IMG/VR virus record: IMGVR_UViG_3300034108_000283
Location: 32,001-96,000 of that record
Origin: a virus
Lineage: Duplodnaviria; Caudoviricetes
DNA: 64,000 nucleotides
Reading direction: 5' to 3' (one strand)
This document shows positions 9,848-19,744 of this stretch, in pieces. Made by a program: the position numbers and the translations under genes. The stretch's first letter is position 1, and the number at the start of each line of letters is the position of its first letter. The notes beneath the pieces are model-generated. The model ran no database searches. It was not told where the DNA came from and saw only the letters and a program-made list of their open reading frames with translations.

Positions 9848-10849
9848 TTAAATTGATACTTTTTTTGTAGCTTGTGCCGGTGTGTCTATCTCTACAATCC
9901 TCATGATTGTTCTGTCTAGCTTAAAGAAGCTCATCCTTGTGGTACCATTTCTAGATTTCAGAAAATGAAAGACTAATAAGTCTTCATCATTTATAATATA
10001 TCTATCAGGACCATACTGTCTTATTTTTCTTAGAGAGGGTTTATTTATACCTAAGACTACATCCGCATGCTGCAATAAAGCATCTGACCCATATATATCT
10101 GAATCCAATACATAATTTCCATACTCCCCATCCCTCTGTCTCTCTACATTATCTATGTTTCTGTTAAGCTGACTTAACACTACAAAAGCTACCGGATAGT
10201 TTTTTTTCATCATAGTGAGTGCCTTGCCTAATGCTGAGAGCATCTCAAAGTCATCCTTTTGGTTCTTGGCTTTTGCAAATAATGTTGAGTGATCTATACC
10301 TACAAGCATATTCATATATGTTCCATCTGGTTTCTTAAACTTTTCCATTTCATAATGAATAGTTGCACACATTTCATCAACATTACAAGTGTCATATAGA
10401 ACTCTAGTAATATCATTTTCTACAGATTTCTCATAATACTCAACACATTTGTCATAGATTGCTTTATCCACCTTCACTCCATCTTTACTCATTAATGTAT
10501 TGTAATCAGCACCGGTTTCTAAACTAAGTTTTCTTACTCCGCTAGTTTCATCTACCATCTCAAACTGAAACTTAAGTATTCTAAATTCTTGATCAGGATT
10601 TTGGTCTATTATGTCACTAAATAACTGTTCTAAGAATAAGGTTTTACCTGTTCCAGGTCTAGCACCAACTACGGTGATAGTTCTCCATTCTAATCCATCA
10701 CAAAAAGCATCATTAAATTTGGGCCATGCACTTTTAAGAGATTTAATATCTCCATTTCTCCTGCCTTTCATCTTAAGGATTGCTTTTCTTAAAGAGTCTC
10801 TTTCACTTACAGGCAGCAAAGGCCTGGCTCCATTAAATAATTCTGCCAT
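9848..10849 (-). CDS. dnaB: DnaB-like replicative helicase (C-terminal ATPase domain only)
   Basis: GARPGTGKT, FQFEM, LSQLNR, SDALLQHADVV and K.RNG motifs. Confidence 0.9.
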   Translation of the reverse strand: MAELFNGARPLLPVSERDSLRKAILKMKGRRNGDIKSLKSAWPKFNDAFCDGLEWRTITVVGARPGTGKTLFLEQLFSDIIDQNPDQEFRILKFQFEMVDETSGVRKLSLETGADYNTLMSKDGVKVDKAIYDKCVEYYEKSVENDITRVLYDTCNVDEMCATIHYEMEKFKKPDGTYMNMLVGIDHSTLFAKAKNQKDDFEMLSALGKALTMMKKNYPVAFVVLSQLNRNIDNVERQRDGEYGNYVLDSDIYGSDALLQHADVVLGINKPSLRKIRQYGPDRYIINDEDLLVFHFLKSRNGTTRMSFFKLDRTIMRIVEIDTPAQATKKVSI

Positions 10850-10853
10850 ATTG

Positions 10854-11030
10854 TTATTGATTTTCTATTGTACTATTTTTCACTTGGTTATACACCTCAT
10901 GTAATAATGTAATTAGCAATTCAATTAGGAAATACTTCCAAAAAGGCATAGGTACAATAAATAAATCTACTACACCATAACCAATTGCTGTTCCTAATAT
11001 TGCTATAATTATTAAAATTCCTTTTGTCAT
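10854..11030 (-). CDS. Small membrane protein (58 aa)
   Basis: MTKGILIIIAILGTAIGYGVVDLFIVPMPFWKYFLIELLITLL...; fills the gap between genes. Confidence 0.6.
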   Translation of the reverse strand: MTKGILIIIAILGTAIGYGVVDLFIVPMPFWKYFLIELLITLLHEVYNQVKNSTIENQ

Positions 11031-11623
11031 ACTACTCTTTCTTTAAAATAAGAACCACCTTCTCCATCAAGGGTTGTGTTTAATAACTGACAATATGTTG
11101 CTAGATCAGATTCAAAAGTCTTATCTAAATTTTGTCTCCTTATGAAATACTGAGAGTTTCTCATATAATCATAATTTCTGACACTAAATTCATCAACATA
11201 TTTTTCAGTAGCTTTTAGGATTGTTTCCCAGTCATAATCATAATTCTCAAAGAACCATTTAAAAGCACCTTCAAGATTCTTGGGATTAACTCTAGCATAT
11301 TTACCGGAGTTAAGTTTCCTATTAGGAAATATTTCTACATATTCCTGTATCTTCTCTAAGAAGCCATCTCCCATTAAATCTCTAAGTGTTTTCTTTTTAG
11401 TTCTCTTGAAGAACCCGTTAATTTCCTCCATAAAGATAAGACTTTTACTTGTAAGTTGCAAGTTTTCATCTATCCAATGATCTTGTTGCAGCCTTTTGCA
11501 CTCAAGTTCTTTATTGATAAAATTATGAGGTATTATTTTTTCTCTTATACAATGCAAAACATAGTATGTGTTTGGTGTTAGGTTCTCTTTTATCAACCTT
11601 TGAAATATCTCTGTCATTACCAA
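11027..11623 (-). CDS. Putative replication initiator/helicase loader
   Basis: wHTH-like N-terminus, IFP...SGKYAR and YFI motifs; upstream of helicase. Confidence 0.45.
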   Translation of the reverse strand: MVMTEIFQRLIKENLTPNTYYVLHCIREKIIPHNFINKELECKRLQQDHWIDENLQLTSKSLIFMEEINGFFKRTKKKTLRDLMGDGFLEKIQEYVEIFPNRKLNSGKYARVNPKNLEGAFKWFFENYDYDWETILKATEKYVDEFSVRNYDYMRNSQYFIRRQNLDKTFESDLATYCQLLNTTLDGEGGSYFKERVV

Positions 11624-12330
11624 GTAATTTTTGCATTAAACTGTCTTTCTACAACTTCATTAATCTTAACAAACAGGTTATCTGAGTTCCATCTCTCCTG
11701 CTGATTATATGCAGCACTGGCTGGATGGCTTACAAAAAACTTATAGTTGTTATCATTAACGGCTTCAGACCATTCTTGAGCTTGTTTACCCATATATACA
11801 TATATAAGTCCGGCTTCATTCCATGTTAAATAATCAAACAGATAAGCCATAAAAGGTTTCCATATATTGTAATGCTGCCCTATCTTACCTACTGTAGTTG
11901 TAAGAGCTGTATTAACTAATAGTATACCTTGTTCTGCCCATCTTGTTAAATCTGTATCAAGACTACCAGGATGCCCATTGTAAACAGTTCTGTTTACTTC
12001 ATCTAGTAAATATCTAAGACTAGGTTGTAACTCTTTAGTATTGCTACAGCTAAAAGCTATACCATCAGCAACACCAATTTGAGGATACGGATCCTGCCCT
12101 ACTATAACTACCTTAAGTTCATTTACAGGACATTCTTCAAATGCTCTAAACATTTGTTTTAATGGCGGAGTAAATCTTCTGCCATCCATAGATAATCTAG
12201 CTAACTCTGTAATTATTTTATCAAACTCTGCACTATATATAAAACTTCTTAGTTTTGTTGACCATCCGGAGTTTTCTAATCTAGCATACAGTTTATCCTT
12301 AATTTCCTCTAAATCTAGTTTCTGATTCAT
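11617..12330 (-). CDS. ung: Uracil-DNA glycosylase family 1
   Basis: VVIVGQDPYP, GIAFS, PSL, W..QGILL.NTALT and HP motifs. Confidence 0.95.
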   Translation of the reverse strand: MNQKLDLEEIKDKLYARLENSGWSTKLRSFIYSAEFDKIITELARLSMDGRRFTPPLKQMFRAFEECPVNELKVVIVGQDPYPQIGVADGIAFSCSNTKELQPSLRYLLDEVNRTVYNGHPGSLDTDLTRWAEQGILLVNTALTTTVGKIGQHYNIWKPFMAYLFDYLTWNEAGLIYVYMGKQAQEWSEAVNDNNYKFFVSHPASAAYNQQERWNSDNLFVKINEVVERQFNAKITW

Positions 12331-12361
12331 ATTTTATTTATTTTTGTTTAAAACTAACACA

Positions 12362-12673
12362 ATGGCAATAAAAGTTAAAGAACTAAAAGATGATGCTATC
12401 ATTGAAGTAAAAGTCAATAAAAACTATTACTTAATGGTAAAATCAGTTCTTCTTCATCTAGTAAGTTTAATTACAGCTGAAGATAAAGATGCTTACATTA
12501 AAGAAGCAATCAGTAAAGAATATAAAGACTTAGATGAAATTCAAAGATCTTTCTATACTCTTTCTTTATTACTAGCTGAAATAGAACAAGTTGCTAAAAC
12601 CAAAGAACTCTTTGTAGAAAAAGAAGTTCTTGAGCCTGGTGATGAAGGTTATGTAGCTCCTAAGCTAGATTAA
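12362..12673 (+). CDS. Hypothetical protein, lone plus-strand gene in the left arm
   Basis: ATG at 12362 downstream of TATTTTTG (12339-12346), a Bacteroidota -7 element. Confidence 0.7.
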   Translation: MAIKVKELKDDAIIEVKVNKNYYLMVKSVLLHLVSLITAEDKDAYIKEAISKEYKDLDEIQRSFYTLSLLLAEIEQVAKTKELFVEKEVLEPGDEGYVAPKLD

Positions 12674-13034
12674 TATTATAAATCTTTCCTACTTCCACAC
12701 AAGCTTCAATAGCTAAAGCTAATTCATCTTTACTACAGTCTGCAAATGATTTACATATTGTAGCATCTCCTCCGTCATAACATAATCCTGATCTTTCTTT
12801 AATCAACACTTTCATTTCTTCAAAAGTATAGCCAGATTCTTTGGCTAATTCTCTTATACATGCATGCACTTTTGCCAACTGTGCAATACTGTGGTCAGCA
12901 TCTGCTAGACCAATATACATTTCTACTTTCTGTCCTTCTGGAATTTTGTCCAAAAAGATTTGATAAGCTAACTTAGATTTATCATCTGGATAGGTTAGCT
13001 TACCATCTTTCTTAACTAATTTAACTGATAACAT
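12660..13034 (-). CDS. NinB/Orf-like recombination protein
   Basis: S.AQ...H..I..LA...GY..EEMK...S...S..EL pattern. Confidence 0.5.
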   Translation of the reverse strand: MLSVKLVKKDGKLTYPDDKSKLAYQIFLDKIPEGQKVEMYIGLADADHSIAQLAKVHACIRELAKESGYTFEEMKVLIKERSGLCYDGGDATICKSFADCSKDELALAIEACVEVGKIYNINLA

Positions 13035-13035
13035 A

Positions 13036-13287
13036 CTAACAAGTTATATTATTAATAACTTCAAGAAACTGCATATAATGTTCTCTTGAATAAATTCTAA
13101 TTGCTGGCACATCCCAACATTTTATTGTCCAATTATTATCTTTTACATCTATACTATCTGTGCTGTATAAGACTATATTGTCACAGAGTTCTTTATTGTA
13201 ATAATGATAATCATACCCATTCTGACTCTCAACATCTTGAATTAATATTTTTTCAAATCCTAATTCTATTAATTCTTCTTCTGTCAT
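13036..13287 (-). CDS. Hypothetical protein
   Basis: MTEEELIELGF N-terminus common in phage proteins. Confidence 0.6.
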   Translation of the reverse strand: MTEEELIELGFEKILIQDVESQNGYDYHYYNKELCDNIVLYSTDSIDVKDNNWTIKCWDVPAIRIYSREHYMQFLEVINNITC

Positions 13288-13706
13288 TTGTTTACTAATT
13301 TAGTTAAGAAATCTGCTGGATTCAGAACTTCTTGTGAATAATTTTGCCGGGCATAGTCATAGCCTTTATAGTCCATTAAAGCTCCAAACTTAGCATGTCT
13401 TTCTTTCATATAGTGTTTGACTATCTGTACTACAATATAGAAGTTATCCGTATCTTCTGATATCATCATATTAAATACATTTTCTACTTCATCAGCAGTA
13501 ATTAATCCTAAGATTTTATTAAGCTTTAATTCAGCATAAAACATAAACTTTCTATACTGCCCATGATATGGACCGGAAGAATATAAGTTAAAAGTATAAC
13601 TCATATTGGGATCCGCATTTTTTAACAGCTCATAATGATCAGAACAAATAGCTATACAAAGTTTGCTTAGCTCTTTATCTTCTCTTTTACCCATTATTGA
13701 TCCCAA
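13284..13706 (-). CDS. Hypothetical protein
   Basis: ORF; carries the MM.SED.DN motif. Confidence 0.6.
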   Translation of the reverse strand: MGSIMGKREDKELSKLCIAICSDHYELLKNADPNMSYTFNLYSSGPYHGQYRKFMFYAELKLNKILGLITADEVENVFNMMISEDTDNFYIVVQIVKHYMKERHAKFGALMDYKGYDYARQNYSQEVLNPADFLTKLVNK

Positions 13707-13794
13707 TTATTTTCATCATCATCTCTTAAAGAAAATATTATAAGACCTGATGATACTAATACTAACACTATTACTATTACTATTGTACTCATAA

Positions 13795-14082
13795 CTATCT
13801 GTTTATAAATTTAATTGCTGCATTAAAATGATCAACTATATCCAAAAATCTTTGAGGATTAGTTTCCTTATAATCTAAAATACTATCTAGAGCTAAATCA
13901 TAATCATCATCAAGCTCCATCATAACTGCCATAAAATGCATATTAGTCATAGGTTCACTAAAGCTTATAGTTATAGGACATTCATTATGTAATTTTATAT
14001 AATATCCTTTTAAGAGTTTGTGTTGATTAAATCCATACTTTTTTAAGGTTCTCTTAACTTTTTTAACTTCTTCTGCTGTCAT
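13795..14082 (-). CDS. Hypothetical protein
   Basis: ORF track. Confidence 0.55.
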   Translation of the reverse strand: MTAEEVKKVKRTLKKYGFNQHKLLKGYYIKLHNECPITISFSEPMTNMHFMAVMMELDDDYDLALDSILDYKETNPQRFLDIVDHFNAAIKFINR

Positions 14083-14090
14083 GTTCCATT

Positions 14091-14312
14091 TTATTCCATT
14101 GTTAGGTTGTTATCAGATAAAATCTCTCGGATCTTATCTCTTAATTCTTCATAAGTATTATATACTTTAGGAGGTAGTTTTTCATTATACTTAAGTTCAT
14201 TTCTTAAGTGCTGATCTAATTCCCACATAGCGTGTTTCCATTTCCAACCATCTAAGGCTACTCTAGCATCTTCTGCTGCATCTTCATCAGAAAATTCAAT
14301 TGTTACTTTCAT
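14091..14312 (-). CDS. Hypothetical protein (start MKVTIEF)
   Basis: MKVTIEF..ED...A..G.KW...WELDQ.LR pattern common in phages. Confidence 0.65.
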   Translation of the reverse strand: MKVTIEFSDEDAAEDARVALDGWKWKHAMWELDQHLRNELKYNEKLPPKVYNTYEELRDKIREILSDNNLTME

Positions 14313-14313
14313 A

Positions 14314-14508
14314 TTACTTGTTTTTTCTTTGGTCCCAGTAATCAATAAAAAATCCTGCGGCAACTATTAAGTTCATACCGCAGGAAGCTATAATCTCAAT
14401 AGCATCTTCATAGATAGTACTCAACAAATGTATGTGACCTACTGTCCAAAAAGGTATGGCTAAGTTTTGGCTTATCCAAACTATAAGATATTTAATAAAA
14501 TGTTTCAA
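14314..14508 (-). CDS. Small membrane protein
   Basis: Hydrophobic segments; TTG start. Confidence 0.55.
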   Translation of the reverse strand: MKHFIKYLIVWISQNLAIPFWTVGHIHLLSTIYEDAIEIIASCGMNLIVAAGFFIDYWDQRKNK

Positions 14509-14922
14509 TTACTGTAATGCTTCTAGTATCTTATCAAGATTCTTATTTGTAAGAAAAAATGTTGTTCCAGAACTAGACATATAAGCCATATTAGATCCTG
14601 TCTTTAAGAACCAAGTCTTTTCATCTAATTCAAAGGTTAACTCTTTCTTATCTATTATAGCTTGCTTTAAGATATTAAAAAACTCTACTGTACTTTCTTT
14701 AGATCCTAAATGTATATAATCAATGTCAGTAATATACTGGTACTCAAGATTCTTATAATACAATGTATACCAATTTTTTTCAGCATCATAAAAATGTGTT
14801 AGTTTAGGTAAGCCTGTAAGTTTGCTATACCATACTGTGCTATCCTTTGTTGTTTCTTTAACAACAATTTGTGAATGTGCTGTACTTACTGACAACACTA
14901 AAAATAAAAATAACTTTTTCAT
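14509..14922 (-). CDS. Secreted protein with Sec signal peptide
   Basis: MKKLFLFLVLSVSTAHS-Q; Gln after the cleavage site is typical of Bacteroidota. Confidence 0.65.
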   Translation of the reverse strand: MKKLFLFLVLSVSTAHSQIVVKETTKDSTVWYSKLTGLPKLTHFYDAEKNWYTLYYKNLEYQYITDIDYIHLGSKESTVEFFNILKQAIIDKKELTFELDEKTWFLKTGSNMAYMSSSGTTFFLTNKNLDKILEALQ

Positions 14923-15134
14923 CTGTTTCTTCTTTTAATAATTCTATCAATTAATTTAAACATGCTGTCAAGGAATATGTAATTTACAAGTGACATAATC
15001 ATTAGTAAAATCCAATTCCATACTCCAGGATAACATAGCTGCATATATACTGCAGCACCCGTACTACCAATTACAGCAAGTACATGAATGAATACCATAT
15101 ACCATAGTATCCAAGTTCTAGTCCCCTTCTTCAT
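14919..15134 (-). CDS. Two-TM membrane protein
   Basis: Two hydrophobic stretches. Confidence 0.55.
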   Translation of the reverse strand: MKKGTRTWILWYMVFIHVLAVIGSTGAAVYMQLCYPGVWNWILLMIMSLVNYIFLDSMFKLIDRIIKRRNR

Positions 15135-15136
15135 TG

Positions 15137-15388
15137 TTAATAGATTTCTGGTTCTTGTCCTTCTTCTGTGGTTCCACTGACTTTTTTAGCTTTAACCACC
15201 TCTGTAATCTTTCCTGAATTTTCTGATTCAAGATGCTGTATTCTAGCTTTCTCTTGTTGTCTTTCATACTCTTCCCAATTATACATATCTAACTCTTTCA
15301 TTCTAACTGCATCTTCTATAGTCATACCTTCTGGTATACCACCGTTTGCATTAATTAAATCTATACAAAATTCTTTCATTCTTCCCAT
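15137..15388 (-). CDS. Hypothetical protein
   Basis: MGRMKE N-terminus; ORF track. Confidence 0.55.
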   Translation of the reverse strand: MGRMKEFCIDLINANGGIPEGMTIEDAVRMKELDMYNWEEYERQQEKARIQHLESENSGKITEVVKAKKVSGTTEEGQEPEIY

Positions 15389-15825
15389 AGTTTTAAGGCT
15401 TTTAGTGTTAATTCTTTTACTGCCATATCAATTCTTGATATCTCCTTAAATTCCATATACTTTTTGATTTTCTTTCTAGCTTCTTTATCAAAGTGAGTTA
15501 TAACTGCTGTATATTTTTTATCAGCTTGTCCGGCCTTATGATTAGGAAACTCATATGGAAATGCAATCATAAGATCATTTACATTTGCAATAAAACTAAT
15601 GTCACTATATTCAAGTAATTGATACGGGTGAAACTTTGCAGAAGTTACCGTTTCTCTTTTCATATCAAATACTTTTCCTATAGTAACTTCTGTTTTATTA
15701 AACTTGTAATACATAAGTGCAATTAGATAGTTTCTTCTATCCATACTTCTTCTGTTCTTACCCTCCTTAAGAAGATCTTTAACTAACTCACATTGCACCA
15801 ACACATCTTCATAAGTATAATCCAT
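15376..15825 (-). CDS. DnaA C-terminal-like HTH DNA-binding protein
   Basis: R.R....R..LI.L.......T...IGKVF....ETV pattern. Confidence 0.45.
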   Translation of the reverse strand: MDYTYEDVLVQCELVKDLLKEGKNRRSMDRRNYLIALMYYKFNKTEVTIGKVFDMKRETVTSAKFHPYQLLEYSDISFIANVNDLMIAFPYEFPNHKAGQADKKYTAVITHFDKEARKKIKKYMEFKEISRIDMAVKELTLKALKLWEE

Positions 15826-15828
15826 ATG

Positions 15829-16011
15829 CTACATAAAAAATGGGAACAATAATCCTTTTATCTCAGAGATAATAGGTCCAATAATAAGTGTACTTAAAAA
15901 TCCATGTGTTTGAGACCACTGATACCAAAAATACAGCATAAATATATGTGCTGTAAGCATGTATGCACATACTAATACTGTAAAGACAGCTAGTCCATTA
16001 TCCTCTTTCAT
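15829..16011 (-). CDS. Small membrane protein
   Basis: Hydrophobic ORF. Confidence 0.5.
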   Translation of the reverse strand: MKEDNGLAVFTVLVCAYMLTAHIFMLYFWYQWSQTHGFLSTLIIGPIISEIKGLLFPFFM

Positions 16012-16022
16012 ACTAATAAATT

Positions 16023-16319
16023 TTAAATTAATTCTAAATCTGCTTCCTGTGATTCAGGTTCAGATACTTCTTCTGATTCTTTCAGTTTTTCTACTAAATG
16101 CTGAACAGAAATAAATCTATCAGCACTGTAATACTCAAAAGGAAATGATTGTTCTGATAGTTGTACTTCTTTCAATCTATAACCATATCTATTTTGTTGT
16201 AGACTCATTCTGGCTATTTCAACTACAGTGTATATTTTACCTTCCTCTAACCATTCATATGGTGAGATTCTTTTAGGTTTGTTGGCAGCATCAATGCAAA
16301 TCACCTGCATATTCTTCAA
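16023..16319 (-). CDS. Hypothetical protein (SH3-like)
   Basis: V.CID...L.EG.IYTV...Y...RF pattern. Confidence 0.55.
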   Translation of the reverse strand: MKNMQVICIDAANKPKRISPYEWLEEGKIYTVVEIARMSLQQNRYGYRLKEVQLSEQSFPFEYYSADRFISVQHLVEKLKESEEVSEPESQEADLELI

Positions 16320-16545
16320 TTTCTGATTTAATGTCTAGATCATCAAATTTATTCTTTAATTCAAACATTTCCAAGAAATCTCCTGATTTAACTGCACATT
16401 TTCCTTTATTGTGTGCTATGACCGCACATTGCTCAGCTTGAATAGGCTCATGTTTACAGAACCTAATCAAGCTAGCCATGATATACTGATAAGAATTTAC
16501 ATCATCATTGTAAATAACTACTCTGTGTGTTTTTTGCTCTTCCAT
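16291..16545 (-). CDS. clpS: ATP-dependent Clp protease adaptor ClpS
   Basis: VVIYNDDVNSY..I...L...C.H...QAEQCA..AH.KGKC.VK.G, Bacteroidota-type ClpS; likely start MEEQKT at 16545. Confidence 0.85.
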   Translation of the reverse strand: MEEQKTHRVVIYNDDVNSYQYIMASLIRFCKHEPIQAEQCAVIAHNKGKCAVKSGDFLEMFELKNKFDDLDIKSEIEEYAGDLH

Positions 16546-16562
16546 ACCATTAAGATAATAAA

Positions 16563-17660
16563 TTAAACTGTCACATTGAAATTTTTCCACATAATTTTAG
16601 TCTGGTCAAATCCTTCCAATGCATCTTTTACCCATTTCTCATCTACTGTATCCATATAACATAGTATATGGACAATAGCTTTATCATCTGGGTTTAATCT
16701 TAATAACCTACCTATTCTCTGAGCTGCTTTTCTCTCATTACCATATGCATGCATAATAATACCTTGTTTTAAATTAGGTATGTTTACACCCTCATTCAAC
16801 TGTAGAACAGTAGAAAGTTTGGTAATCTCTCCATCTTTGAACTTAAGCAAGTTCTCTTCTGATTTTGGATTGTTGCTATGATAGCTATGATCACATAACT
16901 TATCAGCTTGAGCCTGAGTATTAGCAAATAGAATACACTTACTTTCTATGCTGTCAAATAATAACTTAGCATACTTTTCTTTAGTAGGATATTCCATTAA
17001 AGCTTTCATTCTCATGACTCTAAGCATATGTACACTACCGGAACCTACATCTAGTCTTCTAGACCAATAAACATAGTTAGATTCTTCATCTGTCATATAT
17101 GTTTTATTCTTCATAGTGACTTGATAGTTCTTTTCTTTGCTTAGTCTAAGCTCATGCACAACAATCTTATAATCATTCAGTATTCCATTTTCTATGGCAT
17201 CATCTGCCTTAAATATAAATACTACAGGACAAAACTCTTGCACTAGCTTACCTTTCTCTGAATAGTCTCTCTTTGGTGGAGTACCAGTCAGCCCAAGTAT
17301 CTTGCCTTTGAATAACTGCAAGAATCCCCGGTGACTGTCTAGTAAACTATGCATCTCATCTAAGTATACAACATCATAATCATTAGGATCATGTTTGTTT
17401 AAGCTTAGATAAGTAGTAAATACTATTCTACCTAGAAGATGATGCTTATCAAACTTAACAGCATCATCTTTCCAGGATTGAAATATAGCTTTCTTAGGTG
17501 CAACTACAAGACATTTCATCAGTGGTGTAGTATTTCTATCCATATGAGTCAGGCCAACAAGGGTCTTACCGACCCCTGTACCTAAGACTACGGAAGCCCG
17601 CTGCTTACCATCAGTAGCAGCTAGAGCTTCCATTTGTATGTCTTGTCTGTTTTTTGTCAT
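16563..17660 (-). CDS. Superfamily 2 (DExH) helicase
   Basis: GTGVGKT, LDEMH, GLTGT, EGVNIP and QRIGR motifs. Confidence 0.9.
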   Translation of the reverse strand: MTKNRQDIQMEALAATDGKQRASVVLGTGVGKTLVGLTHMDRNTTPLMKCLVVAPKKAIFQSWKDDAVKFDKHHLLGRIVFTTYLSLNKHDPNDYDVVYLDEMHSLLDSHRGFLQLFKGKILGLTGTPPKRDYSEKGKLVQEFCPVVFIFKADDAIENGILNDYKIVVHELRLSKEKNYQVTMKNKTYMTDEESNYVYWSRRLDVGSGSVHMLRVMRMKALMEYPTKEKYAKLLFDSIESKCILFANTQAQADKLCDHSYHSNNPKSEENLLKFKDGEITKLSTVLQLNEGVNIPNLKQGIIMHAYGNERKAAQRIGRLLRLNPDDKAIVHILCYMDTVDEKWVKDALEGFDQTKIMWKNFNVTV

Positions 17661-18400
17661 TTTGGTAAATTAAATATTTTCTTTCTAATGTAATTACCTG
17701 TCTCATCACCAGTTGACATAAGCTTAACTGTTTTTAGATGTCTATCTAAATTAGCCATTACTTTGGTATGATTGTAATTACCATAAGCTTGCATAAATGC
17801 TGTTAAAAATTGAAACTTAACTGCTCTATCTGACATACCAATCTTTAGGAAGATGTCATTAAATGCTTTACACATTGCTTCAGCATTTGGATTAGTAATA
17901 GTAAAATTACCTGTTTTGATAACTGAAGTACCATGCTTAAGTCCTGGGCTATTTACTCCAAGCATAGCAAGCATAGTAACTTCTATATCATACATATTCT
18001 TCCACTTGAACAGTTTCATATAATCTGGACGGATCATTTTCCATGCATTAACATAGTTCATTAAATCCCAAGACTTAGATGAGTTGTTTAAGTATGCCAT
18101 CTTTTCAATTAAATCTTCTTCAGATTCAATTTCAATTTCTACATAAGGAATCATTCTATCTTCTCTTTCCAATGCTGTAGCAAGATGCTGACCATCAATT
18201 ATATAGGTTTTATCTTCACCTTCTATAATATTAGTAGTACAGGCTATAACACATCTTAATACACCCATTTTCCGGATACTGGTAATCATCTTTTGAACAT
18301 GTTTGCTATCAATACCTCTGTTCATAGGTAAAACAGAGAATGTTGAATAGTTCATTGTGTGTTTAATTTTAAGTTCTTTTCCAATCATTTTCATAATCAT
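17657..18400 (-). CDS. ParB/Sulfiredoxin-like N-terminal domain protein
   Basis: NR.I...HV.K...SI and IIDGQH motifs. Confidence 0.65.
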   Translation of the reverse strand: MIMKMIGKELKIKHTMNYSTFSVLPMNRGIDSKHVQKMITSIRKMGVLRCVIACTTNIIEGEDKTYIIDGQHLATALEREDRMIPYVEIEIESEEDLIEKMAYLNNSSKSWDLMNYVNAWKMIRPDYMKLFKWKNMYDIEVTMLAMLGVNSPGLKHGTSVIKTGNFTITNPNAEAMCKAFNDIFLKIGMSDRAVKFQFLTAFMQAYGNYNHTKVMANLDRHLKTVKLMSTGDETGNYIRKKIFNLPK

Positions 18401-18426
18401 AAGTTTTAAATCATTAATAAATAATA

Positions 18427-18606
18427 CTAAATTTTCTCATTTTTAATCAGTAGACTATTTGCATAAAGAGTGTTTCTAAATGCTGCTATAGCTACTTTTG
18501 CAGTTTCAAGTTTTTTACTTTTTTGAAACTCATCATACAATTCATTACCAACAGTCTCAGACTTATCAGCAATGCTTTTAATTTGTTTTGTGTTTGGTTT
18601 ACTCAT
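18427..18606 (-). CDS. Hypothetical protein (59 aa)
   Basis: MSKPNTKQIKSIADKSETVGNELYDEFQK...; fills the gap. Confidence 0.55.
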   Translation of the reverse strand: MSKPNTKQIKSIADKSETVGNELYDEFQKSKKLETAKVAIAAFRNTLYANSLLIKNEKI

Positions 18607-18896
18607 GCTATCATTCTTTTAAGTTCTCTTTTCTTCCTAGCTATTTCTACCAATTCAGGATACTTTTTAAGTTCTTTATACTTAACTTTAAGTGACTGCA
18701 TTAAGTCATACTTAGGAAGTGTATAATCTCTGCTTAAAATAGTATTCAGCTCCTCCAACCTTAATTTTATTTTTCTTCTGGTTGGAAAGCAACAGCAAGT
18801 TTTTAGTTTTTCTGTAAGTAATCTAAATTCTCTCTGTCTATCTTGATAATATTCCAATATTGTTTTTAAAATAACTTCATTTGATCCCATAATCAA
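18603..18896 (-). CDS. Hypothetical basic protein
   Basis: ORF track. Confidence 0.5.
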   Translation of the reverse strand: MIMGSNEVILKTILEYYQDRQREFRLLTEKLKTCCCFPTRRKIKLRLEELNTILSRDYTLPKYDLMQSLKVKYKELKKYPELVEIARKKRELKRMIA

Positions 18897-19304
18897 TCAT
18901 TTAAGCCAGCCCATTGTACGGGCTTCTTCTGGATGATTATGCACCCAGTCATGACAGTTTCTACAAACCGCTTTCCATGTACTTTGTATTAAATAAAATG
19001 CATCTCTGTTAGCTCCTGCGTATGTATGGTGAACATCAGTAGCCCCATGACCACATCCGTTCACCTTCACCATACACAAAGGGTTCTCAGTAAGATATCT
19101 TTCTCTTAGTTTGCTATACTCCGCATCTTTCTTTGCTCTTTTAGCAGAAACACGGGGGATGGCAGAATTTGTTGGTTTCTGTACAGTATCTCCGCTTTTG
19201 TGGCAACTCCAGCAGTTTTTACATAGCTTTAATCCCCCGGTTCCACTACTCTTCCATATGGGTCTTTCTAACCCACATCCATCACATACCTTAGTCTTCA
19301 TCAA
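18897..19304 (-). CDS. HNH endonuclease with N-terminal zinc finger
   Basis: CxxC pairs; ATDVHH...VCRNCHDWVH. Confidence 0.8.
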   Translation of the reverse strand: MMKTKVCDGCGLERPIWKSSGTGGLKLCKNCWSCHKSGDTVQKPTNSAIPRVSAKRAKKDAEYSKLRERYLTENPLCMVKVNGCGHGATDVHHTYAGANRDAFYLIQSTWKAVCRNCHDWVHNHPEEARTMGWLK

Positions 19305-19515
19305 AATAATTAATTATTGCTCTATTTCTAATATATTCCATAGCATCATGTATAGTTTCAAATTGCTTCATACTTGAAACTTTATAAAACTTACCTTCTA
19401 TAGAAAAAATAGTATCATCACAAAAAGTTGATTCCCATACATCATATATTCCACCTCTGCTGTTTGGCATAGCTCTCCATTTAAATCCAGGATAATCTCT
19501 AATACTCATCATCAA
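19291..19515 (-). CDS. Hypothetical protein, paralog 3
   Basis: C-terminus AMEYIRNRAIINYFDED. Confidence 0.55.
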   Translation of the reverse strand: MMMSIRDYPGFKWRAMPNSRGGIYDVWESTFCDDTIFSIEGKFYKVSSMKQFETIHDAMEYIRNRAIINYFDED

Positions 19516-19744
19516 AAAATTCAGTTATTGCTTGGTATCTAACATGATATACAGCTTCTTCTAAAGTATCATAATATTCCCCTCTAAAAGGATGGTTTAC
19601 ATCATACTTAACTCTATAACCATCACCACTAGTTTCTATTTCAAGATCTGAAAATCTAGATCTCCACCAACCAACATATCCTCTATGTGTAAGTAAATGA
19701 TCAGATATGAATCCTGGTATGTCTGGTAAATCCGTAGTGCTCAT
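19499..19744 (-). CDS. Hypothetical protein, paralog 2
   Basis: C-terminus AVYHVRYQAITEFFDDEY. Confidence 0.55.
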   Translation of the reverse strand: MSTTDLPDIPGFISDHLLTHRGYVGWWRSRFSDLEIETSGDGYRVKYDVNHPFRGEYYDTLEEAVYHVRYQAITEFFDDEY

